64,000 nucleotides of DNA from assembly GCA_016710595.1 (NCBI GenBank), contig JADJVM010000005.1, positions 339,657 through 403,656 on the forward strand, in the 5' to 3' direction. The position numbers and the translations under genes are program-made. How positions within the stretch are numbered: the stretch's first letter is position 1; every line of letters begins with the position of its first letter. This stretch comes from Niastella sp. GTDB taxonomy: Bacteria > Bacteroidota > Bacteroidia > Chitinophagales > Chitinophagaceae. This document shows, in pieces, positions 61,995 through 64,000 of this stretch. The notes beneath the pieces are model-generated. The model was not told the origin of the DNA and ran no database searches. It was given only the letters and a program-made list of their open reading frames with translations.

Positions 61995-64000
61995 ATGGCA
62001 GTTACTACGATTTTCAAAAACTTCGCCGAACCGGTAGAAGATATATCGCTGATCATCCTTTCCAACAGGGTTGCATCAGACAAATACAAAATTCAGGTTG
62101 AAGAAATACGAGGCCTGATTGCACAAGGTAAAACTGAAGAAGCACAGGCAAAAAAGCAACGGCTTCCAGCCTTTACCCCATCCGCTACATTCACAGAAAA
62201 ACGATTGCTACCCAACATGGAGCAATACAGCGGATTTGTTCATCTCGATTTTGACAAGCTGACAACGGAACAATTAAATGCAGCATTTCAAATCATTGCT
62301 GCAATCCCTTACACATTTCTTTGCTTTATCAGCCCCAGCGGCAACGGCCTAAAGGTATTTATAGAAGTAAATACCGGAGCTGAACATCATGATGCTGCTT
62401 ACCAACAGGTATTGCAATATTACGAAAACGCTACCGGCTTAAAAGCCGATGAAAAATGCAAGGATATTACCAGACTTTGTTTTGTAAGTCACGATCCGCA
62501 GTTGTATAAAAACATATACAACGAAAAGTTCAATGTTAAAGACATCCCTGTTCAGCCAAAGCAGGAACCTGCACATACAGTAAATGCACAAACAGAAGTG
62601 ATTACTAACTCCGATGAATGGCTCTTAGTCTTTCAGCAACAGGTTTTATTCACCAATCAAAAATCAGAATTTACAAATGGAAACCGTAACAATTATATTT
62701 ATCTGCTTGCTTCTAATTGCAACAGAGCTGGTATACCGCAGTCCGATACTGAAATACTATGTTCACAGCATTTTGATTTATCTGAAAGAGAAATTAAAGA
62801 TTCGGTAAACAGCGCTTACAAACATCACAGCACAGAGTTTGCAAAATTCCCAAAACCTGTACAACAGGAAGAAGCTAATTCAAACAATGAATCAGAAGTA
62901 CAGGCAATGCCAACGTTGCCCGACGAAATATTTCCTTTACTTCCTGTTTTCCTTAAAAGTATAGTGAAAGTTGCTGCATCAAAAGAGGAACGGGATATTT
63001 TACTGCTTGGTTCCATTGTAGCATTAAGCGCCTGCTTGCCAAATATATATGGGTACTACGATGATAAAAAGGTTAATGCAAACCTGTTTTTATTTATCAC
63101 CGCCCAGGCATCCGCAGGCAAAGGCAGGCTTATCCATTGCAGGCAACTGGTTAACCCGGTTCATAAAGCAATGAGAGCACAGGCTGCACTATTAAAAAAA
63201 GAGTATGATGCTCAAATGGCCGACTACAATAGCAGTAAAGGCAAATCAAACGCAGAAAAGCCAACAAAACCGCCGGAGAAAATGCTTTTCATTCCGGCCA
63301 ACAACAGCAGTACCGGATTTTTTCAATTGCTGAACGACAGCAATGGCCGGGGCCTCATTTTTGAAACTGAAGGTGATACTATGGCACAGGCATTTAAGAG
63401 TGACTATGGCAATTACAGTCATGGTTTCCGCAATGCTTTTCAGCATGAGCCTATCACTTATTACCGTAGAACCGACAGGGAACTTGTAGAAATAGAACGG
63501 CCTTGTCTGTCAGCGTTGCTTTCAGGCACACCCAAGCAAATAGGAACCTTAATTCCAAATGCTGAAAACGGTTTGTTCAGCCGGTTCATGTTTTATGTAA
63601 TGAATATTCAGCCGTATTGGAAAGATGTATTTGCTGCAAATACAGATAATGGGATGGATGAACATTTTGCTGATCTGGCCAATGAGTTTTTTACTTTATA
63701 CGAAGCACTAAACAACAATGCTGAAATCGTTTTCTCATTAACCCAAGAGCAGAAAAGTAAGTTCAATCAGTTTTTTACCGAAACACAATCCATGTACATA
63801 AGTCTGAAAGGGCTCGATTATATCGGCACAGTTCGCCGTTCAGGATTGATTGCCTTCAGGATCATGATGGTTTGCTCGGTACTGCGGATATTGGAAACTG
63901 GCGATTTCTCCAGTCCGATGGTTTGTGAAGATGTAGATTTTACAAATACCATCCAGATAGTAAAGCTGCTGGTAAAACATGCAGCCAAAGTCTATTCTGA
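61995..64000 (+). CDS. VirE_N (BT4734-like) plus DUF3987 primase/helicase-like protein, 3' end beyond the window
   Basis: Absent from the supplied ORF track because it has no stop in the window. My manual translation from the ATG at 61995 stays open to nt 64000 (MAVTTIFKNFAEP...LPAFTPSATF...SGFVHLDFDKL...SPSGNGLKVF...TRLCFVSHDP; later FITAQASAGKGRL Walker-A-like, FETEGDT). Confidence 0.7.
   Translation, partial: MAVTTIFKNFAEPVEDISLIILSNRVASDKYKIQVEEIRGLIAQGKTEEAQAKKQRLPAFTPSATFTEKRLLPNMEQYSGFVHLDFDKLTTEQLNAAFQIIAAIPYTFLCFISPSGNGLKVFIEVNTGAEHHDAAYQQVLQYYENATGLKADEKCKDITRLCFVSHDPQLYKNIYNEKFNVKDIPVQPKQEPAHTVNAQTEVITNSDEWLLVFQQQVLFTNQKSEFTNGNRNNYIYLLASNCNRAGIPQSDTEILCSQHFDLSEREIKDSVNSAYKHHSTEFAKFPKPVQQEEANSNNESEVQAMPTLPDEIFPLLPVFLKSIVKVAASKEERDILLLGSIVALSACLPNIYGYYDDKKVNANLFLFITAQASAGKGRLIHCRQLVNPVHKAMRAQAALLKKEYDAQMADYNSSKGKSNAEKPTKPPEKMLFIPANNSSTGFFQLLNDSNGRGLIFETEGDTMAQAFKSDYGNYSHGFRNAFQHEPITYYRRTDRELVEIERPCLSALLSGTPKQIGTLIPNAENGLFSRFMFYVMNIQPYWKDVFAANTDNGMDEHFADLANEFFTLYEALNNNAEIVFSLTQEQKSKFNQFFTETQSMYISLKGLDYIGTVRRSGLIAFRIMMVCSVLRILETGDFSSPMVCEDVDFTNTIQIVKLLVKHAAKVYS

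Larger units (their letters stand above)
59091..64000 (+). mobile_element. Left end and first about 4.9 kb of an integrated element (integrative/mobilizable type) inserted in tRNA-Asn; continues beyond the window
   Basis: Core CCCTCTGATTAA at 59091-59102 within the tRNA fragment. An arm region dense in direct repeats. Then integrase, a hypothetical gene, an excisionase-like HTH, and a VirE_N/DUF3987 gene. Confidence 0.65.

Noticed and set aside
1-64000. A CRISPR array, rRNA genes, or IS elements with terminal inverted repeats and a transposase.
   Set aside because: No regularly spaced direct repeats, no rRNA-like sequence and no transposase-like ORF were seen on either strand.

Overview
This is an AT-rich chromosomal segment that looks Bacteroidota-like. 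That is an inference from TAnnTTTG-type -7 boxes, the absence of Shine-Dalgarno sequences, many lipobox proteins, a TonB-dependent receptor, a MerTP fusion and a Bacteroidetes-style integrase/DUF3987 element.

Layout, left to right:
- (1) 1-5111: a heavy-metal RND efflux locus. The CzcA-type permease is cut by the window edge, is fused in frame to a TolC/CzcC-like outer-membrane factor, and is followed by the adaptor.
- (2) 5.3-12.4 kb: a patchwork accessory stretch. It holds a TetR unit, an orphan merTP plus GDCCVxC gene, a class II Fic protein, a decayed higB with an intact higA, and three copies of a dispersed repeat.
- (3) 12.5-40.9 kb: about 28 kb of co-directional minus-strand genes for denitrification and molybdenum cofactor synthesis.
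  - Two tail-anchored cytochromes c, narGHJI, narK, a TehA/SLAC1-type channel and a hemerythrin.
  - moaA, moeA, mobA, moaD, moeB, moaE and moaC/B, with inserted non-Moco genes.
  - A NorC-like cytochrome c and an atypical heme-copper-oxidase homologue, a porin, lipoprotein NirK, NirV, SCO1, a QueD-like protein and Rrf2.
- (4) 41-50 kb: small accessory genes, a putative copper-uptake module (OprC/NosA-like TonB-dependent receptor with CxxxM and HxM motifs, a Met/His-rich lipoprotein, a small Cys-motif membrane protein), and tandem tyrosine phenol-lyase-like and tryptophanase-like genes.
- (5) 50.2-58.5 kb: small Cys-containing membrane proteins, thioredoxin and rhodanese, a TolC/MFP/RND tripartite pump, and a Crp/Fnr regulator.
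- (6) 58.6-64.0 kb: a tRNA-Asn 3' fragment with tRNA-derived att-like repeats, marking the left end of an integrated element. The element carries a frameshifted tyrosine integrase, a hypothetical gene, an excisionase-like HTH and a VirE_N/DUF3987 primase-like ORF that runs off the window.

No rRNA, intact tRNA or CRISPR array was seen. I could not identify one clear-cut novel system. The most unusual items are:
- the NirK-linked HCO homologue that appears to lack two canonical histidine ligands;
- the copper-uptake module;
- the SLAC1/TehA homologue inside the nitrate operon;
- the RND-OMF fusion at an A8 tract;
- the tRNA-derived repeat array.

All functional calls come from motif recognition by eye. 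No searches were run.
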